Shown piece by piece: positions 9,040-19,043 of a stretch of 64,000 nt of DNA. The notes beneath the pieces were generated by a model, which saw only the letters and a program-made list of their open reading frames with translations, was not told the origin of the DNA and searched no databases. The stretch comes from Bacteroidales bacterium. GTDB lineage: Bacteria; Bacteroidota; Bacteroidia; Bacteroidales; SZUA-534. Every line of letters starts with the position of its first letter. Position 1 is the first letter of the stretch. The stretch is taken from the NCBI GenBank assembly GCA_045640185.1, contig JAZUEN010000045.1, positions 1,088 to 65,087 on the forward strand, written 5' to 3'. The position numbers were made by a program, and so were the translations under genes.

Positions 9040-10101
9040 TTATCTATTTGATATTAGTTTCTTAAGTTCGTCTTTGCTTGGCAAAACTGTTTCGTATTTT
9101 GTTGCAAAAATCTGGTTATTATCTTGCGGAAGAGTATATTCCACCACAGCGTTGTCTTTGTCTGCACAAAGCAAAAGTCCTATAGTTGGGTTCTCGTCTT
9201 CCAATTTTATTTCTCTATCGTAATAGTTTACATACATCTGCATCTGACCAATATCTTGATGCTTCAACTTGCCTCGCTTCAAGTCTATCAGTACAAAACT
9301 TTTCAATAGTCGGTTATAAAACACCAAATCGATGTAGAAGTGTTCTTCTGCAAACGTCAGTCTCACCTGTCTGCCCACAAAGGTAAACCCTTTGCCCAAT
9401 TCGAGCAAGAATGCCTGAAGATTATCAATCAATTTTTGCTCAAGTTTCTTTTCTGTATATTGCGGAAGTTCAGGAAGCCCTGTGAATTCCAATATATATG
9501 GATCCTTTAGCAGGTCTTGTGGTTTTTCTACAATTTGTCCTTTCTGAGACAATTCCAATATCTGTTCCTTATTCCTACTTAACGCAAGCCTTTCATACAG
9601 CGAAGAGTCAAATTGACGCTCCAATTCTCGCAGACTCCAATTGTTATTTGTTGCTTCTATTTCGTAAAAACGACGTTCTTCCAAATTTTCAATACGCATT
9701 AGTTTAAGGTAATGCGACCAACTGAGAGTAAATTGTGGAGTACTATGTTCTTCAGAAGAAATACGAGACAGTGTCTCGTATTTTGAATATGAAAGAAAGA
9801 AGTTCCTCATATTCTGTAAGTTGTCCACAGAAAACCCTTTTCCAAGTTTATCAGTCAGTCTTTTGGATACTTTCTGCAATGTTTTTTTTCCGTATTCCGC
9901 CCTTTCATCTCCGCCTTGTTCGTCTTCCACTATCATCCTGCCTATCTCGTAATAAGTATATACCATAGCGGTATTTACAAACGAAACGACTTTGGTACGT
10001 GCCTCCGTAATCAGCGCTTCAATGCGCGATGCAAGCACATCCGCACGGCCATTTTCGTCTTGAACAATATCTGTCTTTGCCTCTTTCATAATTTGCAACA
10101 T
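9040..10101 (-). CDS. DUF1016/YhcG-family PD-(D/E)XK nuclease-domain protein
   Basis: YYEIGRMIVE, LSWSHY, KDPYILEF, FLLELGKGFTFVGRQ, IDLVFYNR, IDLK, GQMQMY. Confidence 0.92.
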   Translation of the reverse strand: MLQIMKEAKTDIVQDENGRADVLASRIEALITEARTKVVSFVNTAMVYTYYEIGRMIVEDEQGGDERAEYGKKTLQKVSKRLTDKLGKGFSVDNLQNMRNFFLSYSKYETLSRISSEEHSTPQFTLSWSHYLKLMRIENLEERRFYEIEATNNNWSLRELERQFDSSLYERLALSRNKEQILELSQKGQIVEKPQDLLKDPYILEFTGLPELPQYTEKKLEQKLIDNLQAFLLELGKGFTFVGRQVRLTFAEEHFYIDLVFYNRLLKSFVLIDLKRGKLKHQDIGQMQMYVNYYDREIKLEDENPTIGLLLCADKDNAVVEYTLPQDNNQIFATKYETVLPSKDELKKLISNR

Positions 10102-10179
10102 ATAGCAAACACTATGATTTATAATATGTCAGTTGAAATTTCCTTTCTAGTTTATTCTTTCTCGTTTAACTATTTAATA

Positions 10180-10187
10180 CAAAGATA
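10180..10187 (-). promoter_or_regulatory. Bacteroidota sigma-A -7 element (TATCTTTG)
   Basis: Matches TAnnTTTG ~80 bp upstream of the DUF1016 gene. Confidence 0.5.
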
Positions 10188-10233
10188 ACTACATAGATTA
10201 GCATTCAAGCAATTGGGTTCAACATAGAAATCA

Positions 10234-12309
10234 CTACTTCAGCCACTTGTCGAGCCAACTGAAGAACGTACGTTGCCACAATATTCCGTTTTGTGGCTGA
10301 AGCACCCAGTGGTTCTCATCGGGGAAAATAAGCAGTTCGGCAGGAACGCCACGCAATTTGGCCGCGGCAAATGCCGACATTCCTTGCGATGCCAATATGC
10401 GATAGTCCTTCTCGCCGTGAATGCAAAGAATTGGCGTATCCCATTTATCAACAAACTTATGGGGCGATGTTGCGTACGAGCGTTGAGCCACCTCGTTCTC
10501 CTTGTCCCAGAATGGTCCGCCAATGTCGTGATTCTCGAACCACATCTCCTCTGTCTCAAGATATTGCTGTTCAAAGTTGAACATTCCGTCGTGGGCAATG
10601 AATGCCTTGAAGCGTTTCTCGTGATGTCCCGCAATCCAATATACCGAATAACCGCCGAAACTTGCGCCTACGCAGCCAAGGTGGTCTGTATCAACCCAAG
10701 GTTCCTTGCTGTAGGTGTCAATTGCAGTAAAATAGTCCTTCATGCAAAGTCCGCCGTAATCGCCGCTTATCTCCTCAAGCCATTCCATTCCGTAGCCATA
10801 CAAGCCTCGACGGTTTGGCGCAACTATTATGTAATCGTTGGCTGCCATAATCTGGAAATTCCAACGATAACTCCAGAACTGGCTCACTGGACTTTGCGGA
10901 CCGCCTTCGCAGTATAGCAATGTCGGATATTTCTTGCTGGCATCGAATTTTGGAGGATAAATCACCCAAACCTGCATTTGCTTGCCGTCGCAAGTCTCCA
11001 TCCAACGCTCCTCCACCTTGCCGAAATCCATTTGGTCAAGCAACGGCTTGTTTTCGAAAGTTATCTGTTTCTGCTCGCCCGATACGGGATCGACAACATA
11101 TATGTCGTTTGGCGCACTCATCGAATGGCGGACTGCCACCAGTTTGTCCCCTGCCAATGCCACCGATTCATAATCGTGCTGACCGACAGTTATCTGCTTG
11201 AATATTTTTGAGTTGATGTCGGCTTTGTAGATTTGGATTGTCCCGTGCTGGCAACTAATCAGATAGATGCTTTTGCCTTCGGCATCCCAGACAAACTGCT
11301 CTACGCTTTGGTCCCAGCCCTCACTCACGTCAGTACGCTGACCAGTAGCCAACTCTATCACCATCATACGGTTCTTGTCCGACTCACAGCCGTCACGCTC
11401 CATACTCTGAAATGCGATCTTTGTCCCGTCAGGCGAGAATGCAGGATTGATGTCATAGCCCATCATACCTTCAGTAAGGTTCTTCACCGTCTTGCCTGCG
11501 GAAATATCATATAGGTAAATATCTGAATTTGTTGATATTGCATATTCAAGACCTGTCTTTTTGCGACAAGTGTACGCAACAGTCTTGCTGTCTGGCGAAA
11601 AGGCAATCTGCTCAATGCCGCCAAAAGGTTTCATCGGACATTCATACGGCTCCCCCTCAAGCATGTCACGCTCGTTTGACACCGTAGTGCCGTCATAATC
11701 GAGCAGGAATGGATGCGGGACAGTCTCAACCCATTCGTCCCAATGCTTGAACATCAAATCGTCGATAATCTTTCCTGACGATTTAGGGAGATCGGGATAT
11801 ACATCAACCGTACGTTGCCCGTATTTCACATCGGCCACCACTAGTATCTTGCTGTCGTCTGGCGAATACATGAAATCGCTTATTCCGCCTTCGTGGCTGG
11901 TTACCTGTCGGCGTTCAGTTCCATCGAGGTTCATCTCCCAGACCTGCATGTCACCGCCTTCAGGCGACATAAATGCCACCTTGCTTCCGCCTTTAACCCA
12001 TTTTGCGCCATATTCGCTTTTGGCCGATTGGGTTATCTGCCTGTTATCGGTGCCATCCACGTTGACTGCAAATATTTCACGGTTGCTCTTGTTGGCCTCC
12101 ACGCTGTAATAGGTTACGCCATATAGCACCTGCTTGCCGTCTGGACTCACCTGCGCATCGGCAAGCCGCCCAAAAGCCCACAAGGCTTCTGGCGTCATTC
12201 TTCCATTTTCAATTTTCAGTTCGCTTTTGCCAATGATTGGCTCGTCGTTCGAACTGCACGACGTTAGTGTTGCTGACACTGCCATAACTGCCATTAATTT
12301 GAGTTTCAT
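10234..12309 (-). CDS. S9 family peptidase (dipeptidyl-peptidase 5-like), lipoprotein
   Basis: Lipobox LTSC, PD40-type propeller repeats, GASFGG nucleophile, HGEKDYR, DENHW. Confidence 0.9.
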   Translation of the reverse strand: MKLKLMAVMAVSATLTSCSSNDEPIIGKSELKIENGRMTPEALWAFGRLADAQVSPDGKQVLYGVTYYSVEANKSNREIFAVNVDGTDNRQITQSAKSEYGAKWVKGGSKVAFMSPEGGDMQVWEMNLDGTERRQVTSHEGGISDFMYSPDDSKILVVADVKYGQRTVDVYPDLPKSSGKIIDDLMFKHWDEWVETVPHPFLLDYDGTTVSNERDMLEGEPYECPMKPFGGIEQIAFSPDSKTVAYTCRKKTGLEYAISTNSDIYLYDISAGKTVKNLTEGMMGYDINPAFSPDGTKIAFQSMERDGCESDKNRMMVIELATGQRTDVSEGWDQSVEQFVWDAEGKSIYLISCQHGTIQIYKADINSKIFKQITVGQHDYESVALAGDKLVAVRHSMSAPNDIYVVDPVSGEQKQITFENKPLLDQMDFGKVEERWMETCDGKQMQVWVIYPPKFDASKKYPTLLYCEGGPQSPVSQFWSYRWNFQIMAANDYIIVAPNRRGLYGYGMEWLEEISGDYGGLCMKDYFTAIDTYSKEPWVDTDHLGCVGASFGGYSVYWIAGHHEKRFKAFIAHDGMFNFEQQYLETEEMWFENHDIGGPFWDKENEVAQRSYATSPHKFVDKWDTPILCIHGEKDYRILASQGMSAFAAAKLRGVPAELLIFPDENHWVLQPQNGILWQRTFFSWLDKWLK

Positions 12310-12429
12310 GTCTGAATGTTAATTTCAATAAAGTGGCAATTTACCAATTTATTTAGCACGAAGAGTTTTATTCCAGCAACTAATTAGTAACTGGACTGTG
12401 CAATAGAAGCCTTGTATAGGGAGCAACAA

Positions 12430-15400
12430 CTATTTCTCGACTACGACAATCTCGCACCGACGGTTTTGCGCACGACCTTCTTCAGAGTCATTGGCAGCAA
12501 CAGGCCGCGTATTGGAGAATCCCATATACTTGACACGGTTGTAGCCGTTGGCAATCAGATAAGATGCTATTATGCGGGCACGGTCCTGTGCAATATCACG
12601 TCCTCCGCCAACTTCCGTATCATCGGCATGGCCATATACGGCTATCTTGACTGACGGGTTCTGCTTCAGCACACGCAACAGACGCTCAAGTTCAGGGAAT
12701 GCAATTGGCCTGATTTCCGAGCTTCCCGGTTCAAACGTCAGGTTCTCCATCGGAATAATGGCTCCCTCGGTAATCTGCTTAAGCATTATGTCCTTCTCAT
12801 TGCTTGAGAATGTAATCTCCTGCTTCTCATATAGTTTCTCGGCATAGAACCAGTAACCTGGCGCACTGACTTCAATGCTGTAATTATCGCCGGCAAGGAA
12901 ACTCATGTTGTACATTCCGGTCTTAAGATTCGACTCATCTTTTGCCACAACTTTTCCATCGCCATTCAATACGACTACGCTTGCCGCAATTGGGCTCAAA
13001 GTAGAAGCATCCTTGATTACGCCCGACAGATTTGCACGCCTTATGATTTCAATTGCATTGTCCGATTCGTTCAGACCATATTCTTGAGTTTGCGCAAAAT
13101 TGACCTTTCGGCGTTTTTCATTGAACACGAAGTTGATTTCGAACTGACGATAGCCGTTCAGCTGAACCTCATAGTTGTTTTGTTCAAGTTCAAAATTCTC
13201 AAAGAAGATGTTATTAATCTTCACGTTGTACTTATCTACGGTAGGCACGTAAAGCGTGTATTTTCCGTTTTGGTCTGTTAGCGTGCTGTATATCTTGCCT
13301 TTCGAATCTTCAGCAGAAACCTTGACGTTAGCCACGCTGATAGAGCCGAGATTCGACAATTTTGAACGATTCATCACTATTTGTCCGAACAGCTTGTTGT
13401 TTTCCCTGAACGGTATGTCAAGCTTCATGTTCTTTCCTATGTAAATTGTCTGCTTGCTTGTTTCGGTTGTATATGCGCCTTCAATTGCCCCCATTGGCAC
13501 ATATTCGATGGTATAAAATCCGTTTGGCACATTATTGTAAACCACACGGCCATCCATATCCGACATAAGGTCGATTGGCATGAAACTGCTGGCAGCATCT
13601 TCATTGAACCCTTGAGTCTCGTCAATTGTTATGCTGAACAAGACATCCTTTACGCCTGGTTCATCCTCGTCCCTGACATCGTTGCCATTCAAGTCCTTGT
13701 AGAATGTTATGTCAAGGTCATAATACTGGTAGCGTGGCTGATTGATATTGAAATCCTTGCGCAGGCGGGCCTCCACGTATGATCCCTGATACTTGTAGCG
13801 GTCTTCGGTAATGACATCGTAAGTTGACGAGAAGTTCCAGGTATGTGTCAATGTGAATTCCCAAGTCTTGCCAGGATATATAACCAGATCTGAGCCAAGG
13901 TTTATGCGGGTTGTCTTTTCGGTTATGTCATACGACACTGTCGAACGGTTGACAAAACGCACGTATTTAGGCATAAGGTAGAAATCAAGATAAGGATTTG
14001 CCCTGATTACTCGATTATATCCATTCCTGGTGAAATGTGTAAATTGCTGCTGAAGCGAATTTGGCCCATGATAGTAGTTGAAGAACACACCCCAAATACC
14101 CGACCTGTAACTTGCAGTTGCAAGCAATGAGAACCAATTCTTATTGACATTGAGCGTATCAAACCGCGCATCATATCTTGTTGCGAAATTTGCACCTGTC
14201 TTTAGTGTAAACGAAATCAAATCTCGTTTTGCTCCTTTTGCCCTAACTCCGCCATACGCCAGAATATTCCTTGTGGCAAATTCCGTGTTTGCATATCGCG
14301 AACTGAAATTGTCGCCGAATCGGCTCTCAGTTATCGCTCCCAACGAATACATTAGCGATTTTGTCAGATTCCTGCTGAATACTACACGCAACTCGTCATA
14401 ATCTACTTCAACACTAGGCGCAATGCTGTCGCCCACATAGCGGATTTGATTGTTGGCATTTCTAGCATAGGAAGCAACAATGTAATTGAAATCGCTCAAA
14501 TCTTGCCGAATTTGGCTGTTCAGCTCCAGTCTGCCATTATAGCGACCAGCATATTCGGGCTGGCCATAATGCAACATTCCGTACAAATGCGTGTTCTTGA
14601 TAGAATTTGAATATGTAGCATCAATTCCGATGCCCGATTGAACGCCTAGACGTGTAGAGTTTTTCCATTCCGAACTTGTGGCAGACAGTGTCATATTCAA
14701 GTTTCCGAACCTCTTCATTTGAATGTTGCTTGAAAAAAACGCGCCTATGTCTTGTCTGTCATTGTCTTTGTCATCACTCAAAGCCCCGCCCAGTTCAAAT
14801 GAGAAAGCATTGGATTTGCGCGAGAACGATGCCGCAAAATTATCCTTGTCAGAATATACAGAAGTCTCAGCCATAAGTTTTACCGAGTAATCGCCGAACG
14901 ACTGTTGCAGCAAACCTCCCCTGCCATACAAGTCAAGTGCCATTACCTGCTGGATGTCGCCCAGCCATGCAAACGTTCCATGTTTGTTGTTATACTTTAG
15001 TTCAAACCTGCCGCTTTTCCATGTTTGGTTCATATCGTCAAAATCCAGTTTGCTCATCATTGCCCGCAAATGAAAATCGCCGCCACGCTTAAGCAACAGA
15101 TTGCCATATATGTTTGCGCCAAACGACGGCTCCGCTCCGCCTATCAGGTCTCGGCCTATCAATTCCACGCACAGCATTGTATAGGTCGATGGTATCTCGT
15201 TGTAATATTGTCCGAGCAACTCACGCGCCCACAAGGTAGCATGCATCGCTGTGTCGCCTGTTGATACTCCAATCTGCAACCTATGGAACTTCTGTACATC
15301 GCTATAATATGATGTTTCTGAATATATAGGCAACGATATCACCGTATCGTGATACGATTTCAGCATAAACTCATCGCGCAAGATGCCGTTGCGGGCACCT

Positions 15401-15966
15401 ATTGCTGTCATATCATCGCCTAAATTGTAATCGAGGTAAAAAATCTCATCGGTATTTCCGTTGTTCGAAAACGAAAGCCGTATTTCTGAGTCTTTTTTTT
15501 GCTGATCGATGTATATTGTCCGAGTCAAGGGCTTGAACTTCACGTCTTGCACTTTCGGAATATCGACAAAACTGTATATTGTCTTGAATGTATTGCCTTT
15601 TTGGTCGGTAAGCGATGCCACTATCGAGTAGCCTATCTCGCCTTTGGCATCAAGCGATGCCGATGCCCTGAACGGGATGAGCAGCGAATCGTGTGGCTCA
15701 AGCGTATATTGCTGGTTCTTCTCGCCCATAAACGACCATCCGGCAGGATAACTGAACTTTACATAGAATGTAAGTTTCTGTGATGTGGGGTTTTTTACAG
15801 ACAACCCGTTAAAGAAAGTCTTGTTTGAAACCGTCTCGATTTTCTTTTTCAGGAAATCAATTTCCAGTTTGTCTTGTGCGTTTTCCAGAAAATAGAATTG
15901 TGCATACGAAGCGTACGCAATGCTCCATACAATAAAGGTTAGCAAATATTTAACCTTCAAGCTCAT
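12430..15966 (-). CDS. Large outer-membrane protein: N-terminal Ig-like domains, predicted beta-barrel (usher-like), SdrD-B/carboxypeptidase-like domains, C-terminal OmpA-like domain
   Basis: Signal peptide, long alternating beta-strand region, FYKDLNGNDVRDEDEPGV, and C-terminal FEPGSS...GHADD...GRAQNRRCEIV. The usher assignment is inference. Confidence 0.65.
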   Translation of the reverse strand: MSLKVKYLLTFIVWSIAYASYAQFYFLENAQDKLEIDFLKKKIETVSNKTFFNGLSVKNPTSQKLTFYVKFSYPAGWSFMGEKNQQYTLEPHDSLLIPFRASASLDAKGEIGYSIVASLTDQKGNTFKTIYSFVDIPKVQDVKFKPLTRTIYIDQQKKDSEIRLSFSNNGNTDEIFYLDYNLGDDMTAIGARNGILRDEFMLKSYHDTVISLPIYSETSYYSDVQKFHRLQIGVSTGDTAMHATLWARELLGQYYNEIPSTYTMLCVELIGRDLIGGAEPSFGANIYGNLLLKRGGDFHLRAMMSKLDFDDMNQTWKSGRFELKYNNKHGTFAWLGDIQQVMALDLYGRGGLLQQSFGDYSVKLMAETSVYSDKDNFAASFSRKSNAFSFELGGALSDDKDNDRQDIGAFFSSNIQMKRFGNLNMTLSATSSEWKNSTRLGVQSGIGIDATYSNSIKNTHLYGMLHYGQPEYAGRYNGRLELNSQIRQDLSDFNYIVASYARNANNQIRYVGDSIAPSVEVDYDELRVVFSRNLTKSLMYSLGAITESRFGDNFSSRYANTEFATRNILAYGGVRAKGAKRDLISFTLKTGANFATRYDARFDTLNVNKNWFSLLATASYRSGIWGVFFNYYHGPNSLQQQFTHFTRNGYNRVIRANPYLDFYLMPKYVRFVNRSTVSYDITEKTTRINLGSDLVIYPGKTWEFTLTHTWNFSSTYDVITEDRYKYQGSYVEARLRKDFNINQPRYQYYDLDITFYKDLNGNDVRDEDEPGVKDVLFSITIDETQGFNEDAASSFMPIDLMSDMDGRVVYNNVPNGFYTIEYVPMGAIEGAYTTETSKQTIYIGKNMKLDIPFRENNKLFGQIVMNRSKLSNLGSISVANVKVSAEDSKGKIYSTLTDQNGKYTLYVPTVDKYNVKINNIFFENFELEQNNYEVQLNGYRQFEINFVFNEKRRKVNFAQTQEYGLNESDNAIEIIRRANLSGVIKDASTLSPIAASVVVLNGDGKVVAKDESNLKTGMYNMSFLAGDNYSIEVSAPGYWFYAEKLYEKQEITFSSNEKDIMLKQITEGAIIPMENLTFEPGSSEIRPIAFPELERLLRVLKQNPSVKIAVYGHADDTEVGGGRDIAQDRARIIASYLIANGYNRVKYMGFSNTRPVAANDSEEGRAQNRRCEIVVVEK

Positions 15967-15967
15967 T

Positions 15968-16462
15968 CTATTTAAACCTCACTGTAAACTCCAAATCTGT
16001 TGAGAAATAGTCACTCGAATAACCTTTCAGAGTGCCATTCTCACCCAATATGTATGATATTTTGATATCTTTCACCGCATTAGTCTTGGGATGAATTCCA
16101 TGCGCCAATTGGGTTTCGGTATCGCTTAACACAATCTCTGCACCGTCACTTTCAGAATACGACGACCGCAACTTAAGCACATCCAATGGCATCTTTCTTA
16201 TGCCGTAGTCCGGGTTAAGGCTGGCGTCATTAGCCTTGACCAGCAACTCCCATTCGTTTGTTGATTCATCGGCATCACTAAAATACACCCTGACAGTTGT
16301 GTAGTCATCGTATGTTATCCCATTCTTTACCTTGGAATAGGAATTCACATTGAACACCACATTCGCTCCTCCCACTATCTGCAACCGCACCGATGGTTGC
16401 GCTTGCGGAAAAGCAAGCATGGCAAGCAATAGGAATGGTAATATCAGTAGTGCCTTAAGCAT
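15968..16462 (-). CDS. Secreted pilin-like subunit (minor), paralog of 16531..17112
   Basis: Likely ATG at 16462. Signal peptide. LQIVGGANVVFNVNS resembles MNVVSGGNIEFAFNT of the paralog. C-terminal strand DYFSTDLEFTV. Confidence 0.55.
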   Translation of the reverse strand: MLKALLILPFLLLAMLAFPQAQPSVRLQIVGGANVVFNVNSYSKVKNGITYDDYTTVRVYFSDADESTNEWELLVKANDASLNPDYGIRKMPLDVLKLRSSYSESDGAEIVLSDTETQLAHGIHPKTNAVKDIKISYILGENGTLKGYSSDYFSTDLEFTVRFK

Positions 16463-16474
16463 AACATAAAAGAA

Positions 16475-16510
16475 CAAAAGTCAAACAAGTTATTACAAGT
16501 TTGACTTTTG
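16475..16510 (-). promoter_or_regulatory. Intercistronic stem-loop after first pilin-like gene
   Basis: Perfect 12-bp inverted repeat caaaagtcaaac / gtttgacttttg. Confidence 0.6.
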
Positions 16511-16530
16511 CTTTGATGTATTATGTGTTA

Positions 16531-17112
16531 TTATTGTTCGCTCAATACAAGGAAAATATTGGTAGAATAACGGTCTGGTGCCAAATTTGCCGACAAAACA
16601 GAACCAGATGCACCTTCAGCATCATCACCACAACTCCAATTAATAGTATAAGCATTTGCATTAATATCACCACCTTTAGACTTTACTAGGGTACAAGCAG
16701 TAGCATCTGAATTTTTACCACTCAAATTGGTCCAGTCTTTCTGATAATCACTGTCACCAGGTGCTACAGTTCCATTGTTTGCAACTTTGAAACCTACGAG
16801 ACCCAATTCCATTGTATGGGTTGCATCATCAGCGCCATAAAATTGGTCATCTTCGGTGTATAACAACACCTTAAAATCAACAGAAGAAGCCACCGTAAAC
16901 TTGGTATCGTAACGTGGTGAGTTGCTGATACCGCTTGTGTATTGATTAATTGTATTGAATGCAAACTCGATGTTACCACCAGACACAACATTCATACGCA
17001 TGATTGAATTTATGTTGACTGATACTGGAATGACAGCATTGTCAACCACTGCTTGAGCGTAAGTGCCAAGAGCCAAGCCTAAGGCACATACTGAAAGGAA
17101 AATCTTTTTCAT
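16531..17112 (-). CDS. Secreted pilin-like subunit (putative major), CS1/Csu-like
   Basis: Signal peptide without lipobox, N-terminal IPVSVNINS strand, two Cys in the mature part, C-terminal PDRYSTNIFLVL strand. Confidence 0.6.
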   Translation of the reverse strand: MKKIFLSVCALGLALGTYAQAVVDNAVIPVSVNINSIMRMNVVSGGNIEFAFNTINQYTSGISNSPRYDTKFTVASSVDFKVLLYTEDDQFYGADDATHTMELGLVGFKVANNGTVAPGDSDYQKDWTNLSGKNSDATACTLVKSKGGDINANAYTINWSCGDDAEGASGSVLSANLAPDRYSTNIFLVLSEQ

Positions 17113-17149
17113 AATTTCAAATTTTTAATGTCACTTAATAAAACGGCTA

Positions 17150-17157
17150 CAAATTTA
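17150..17157 (-). promoter_or_regulatory. Bacteroidota -7 promoter element (TAAATTTG) for pilin-like operon
   Basis: TAnnTTTG 38 bp upstream of the ATG at 17112. Confidence 0.5.
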
Positions 17158-17431
17158 AACATAATACATTACGCAAGTATCTTTTACATTGCTTTTTTTG
17201 CAAAAAGCATCAAAAAAAATTGTTTTTTTGATGGTTCATGTGGCATTTGCAACTTAAAACTTCAGCAATTGCCGGTCACTGGCACCGTTATTGTTTATCG
17301 TTAATAGCTAAACACTTATATTTATATATTCACAAAACTAACGTAGCAGGCTTCAGCTACCGACACGGCACTACCCCACCTTTCGTGCAACAGGTCGCAC
17401 AAGAAAGCCGTACCTATACGAAAAAAAATGT

Positions 17432-17439
17432 TAACTTTG
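17432..17439 (+). promoter_or_regulatory. Bacteroidota -7 promoter element (TAACTTTG) for ketosynthase cluster
   Basis: TAnnTTTG ~95 bp upstream of the GTG start. Confidence 0.5.
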
Positions 17440-17533
17440 CGACTTATTTCGGACAAAACAGACTTGCCTGCAAGTCTAACTATCCGTAAAGATTAACAAT
17501 ATTTTGGAATAACAACTGTAACAGATTCGTATT

Positions 17534-18754
17534 GTGGAGAAAAGAGTTGTAATAACAGGAATGGGTATTTATTCGTGCATAGGCAAAAACCTGGCCGAAG
17601 TTCAAGACTCATTATACAACGGCAAGTCGGGCATAGTGTTCGACCAAGCACGTAAAGACATGGGGTTCCGTTCGGCATTAACAGCCTATATCGAAAAACC
17701 AGACTTGAAGGGCATACTAAGCCGCAACCAAAGAATATTCATGCCGGAACAGGCCTTATATGCCTATGTGGCCACCGCTGAGGCTCTCCAAAACGCAAAG
17801 ATAGATCAGGACTACCTTAACAACAACGTAGTAGGCTTGCTTTACGGAAACGACAGCAGCGCCGACCCTGTAGTAAAGGCAGTTGACACAATGCGCGAGA
17901 AAAAGGACACTACCCTGGTTGGCTCTGGCGCCATTTTCCAATCAATGAACTCAACCGTGACAATGAACCTTTCATGCATATTCAAGCTGAGAGGAATGAA
18001 CTTGACGGTTTCGGGGGCTTGCGCAAGCGGTTCGCACGCCATTGGTTTGGGTGCGTTGCTTATCAGGAATGGCTTGCAGGACATGGTTGTCTGCGGTGGA
18101 GCTCAAGAAGTGAACCCCTTCTCCATCGGCAGTTTCGACGGCATTAGCGCATTTTCAACCCGAGAAAGTGAACCGACACGCGCCTCCCGCCCATTCGACC
18201 GCGACCGCGACGGACTTATCCCAAGCGGTGGCGCCGCTACTGTAATCATTGAGGAATATGAGCATGCTGTAAAACGTGGCGCACCGATTCTCGCAGAAAT
18301 ATTGAGTTACGGCTTCTCATCAAACGGAGACCATATATCGACACCAAATGTCGAGGGACCTACCGCTTCTCTTGAAATGGCAATAAAACTTGCTGGCATC
18401 GACATTCGCGAAATCGGATACATCAACGCTCACGCCACATCGACACACGTAGGCGACGCCCAGGAAGCCAAAGCGATATACAATGTATTCGGCGACCAAC
18501 GCACTGAAGTGACTTCGACAAAATCGCAGACAGGCCATGAAATGTGGATGGCCGGAGCTAGCGAAATCATCTACTCCATGCTGATGATGAAAAACAACTT
18601 CATCGCGGCAAACCTCAATTTCGAAAACCCTGACGAAGATTCAGCCAAGCTTCTAATTCCAGACAAACGCATCGAAAAGAAATTCGACACATTCCTTTCC
18701 AATTCATTCGGATTTGGAGGAACCAATGCAACACTAATTGTACGCAATATGTAA
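17534..18754 (+). CDS. Beta-ketoacyl-ACP synthase (FabB/FabF family)
   Basis: Cys-His-His triad in GACASG, NAHATST and KSQTGHE; SNSFGFGGTN. Confidence 0.93.
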   Translation: MEKRVVITGMGIYSCIGKNLAEVQDSLYNGKSGIVFDQARKDMGFRSALTAYIEKPDLKGILSRNQRIFMPEQALYAYVATAEALQNAKIDQDYLNNNVVGLLYGNDSSADPVVKAVDTMREKKDTTLVGSGAIFQSMNSTVTMNLSCIFKLRGMNLTVSGACASGSHAIGLGALLIRNGLQDMVVCGGAQEVNPFSIGSFDGISAFSTRESEPTRASRPFDRDRDGLIPSGGAATVIIEEYEHAVKRGAPILAEILSYGFSSNGDHISTPNVEGPTASLEMAIKLAGIDIREIGYINAHATSTHVGDAQEAKAIYNVFGDQRTEVTSTKSQTGHEMWMAGASEIIYSMLMMKNNFIAANLNFENPDEDSAKLLIPDKRIEKKFDTFLSNSFGFGGTNATLIVRNM

Positions 18755-18760
18755 TTTGCA

Positions 18761-19006
18761 ATGGAAAAAACTGAACTGATAAGCAAGTTGAACTATATTC
18801 TGGCAAAAGAATTCGAGGTTGACGCGGCAACAATCAGCGATGAGGCCAACATCAAGGAAACCCTTATGCTGAACAGCCTTGACGTAGTTGACATGATTGC
18901 CGTCATTGAATACGAATTCGGCGTAAAGATTCCTGCCGACGAATATGCCAAGATGAAGCAATTCTCGCAGCTATACGACTACATGGATCGTCATATAAAC
19001 AATTGA
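18761..19006 (+). CDS. Acyl carrier protein (NSL variant)
   Basis: 81 aa, acidic, LNSLDVVD...EYEFGVKI. Confidence 0.85.
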   Translation: MEKTELISKLNYILAKEFEVDAATISDEANIKETLMLNSLDVVDMIAVIEYEFGVKIPADEYAKMKQFSQLYDYMDRHINN

Positions 19007-19043
19007 AAACATACTAAGAATCAAATACAAACTCAAAAAGATT

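Noticed and set aside
10273-10917. Long antisense ORFs (e.g. 10273..10917, 31216..31947, 54138..54665, 61493..62095)
   Set aside because: These are shadow frames of well-supported genes on the opposite strand and have no motifs of their own.
17193-17232. A/T-tract inverted repeats in the divergent promoter region as an invertible promoter
   Set aside because: The repeats are low-complexity, do not bracket the -7 element, and no recombinase is nearby.
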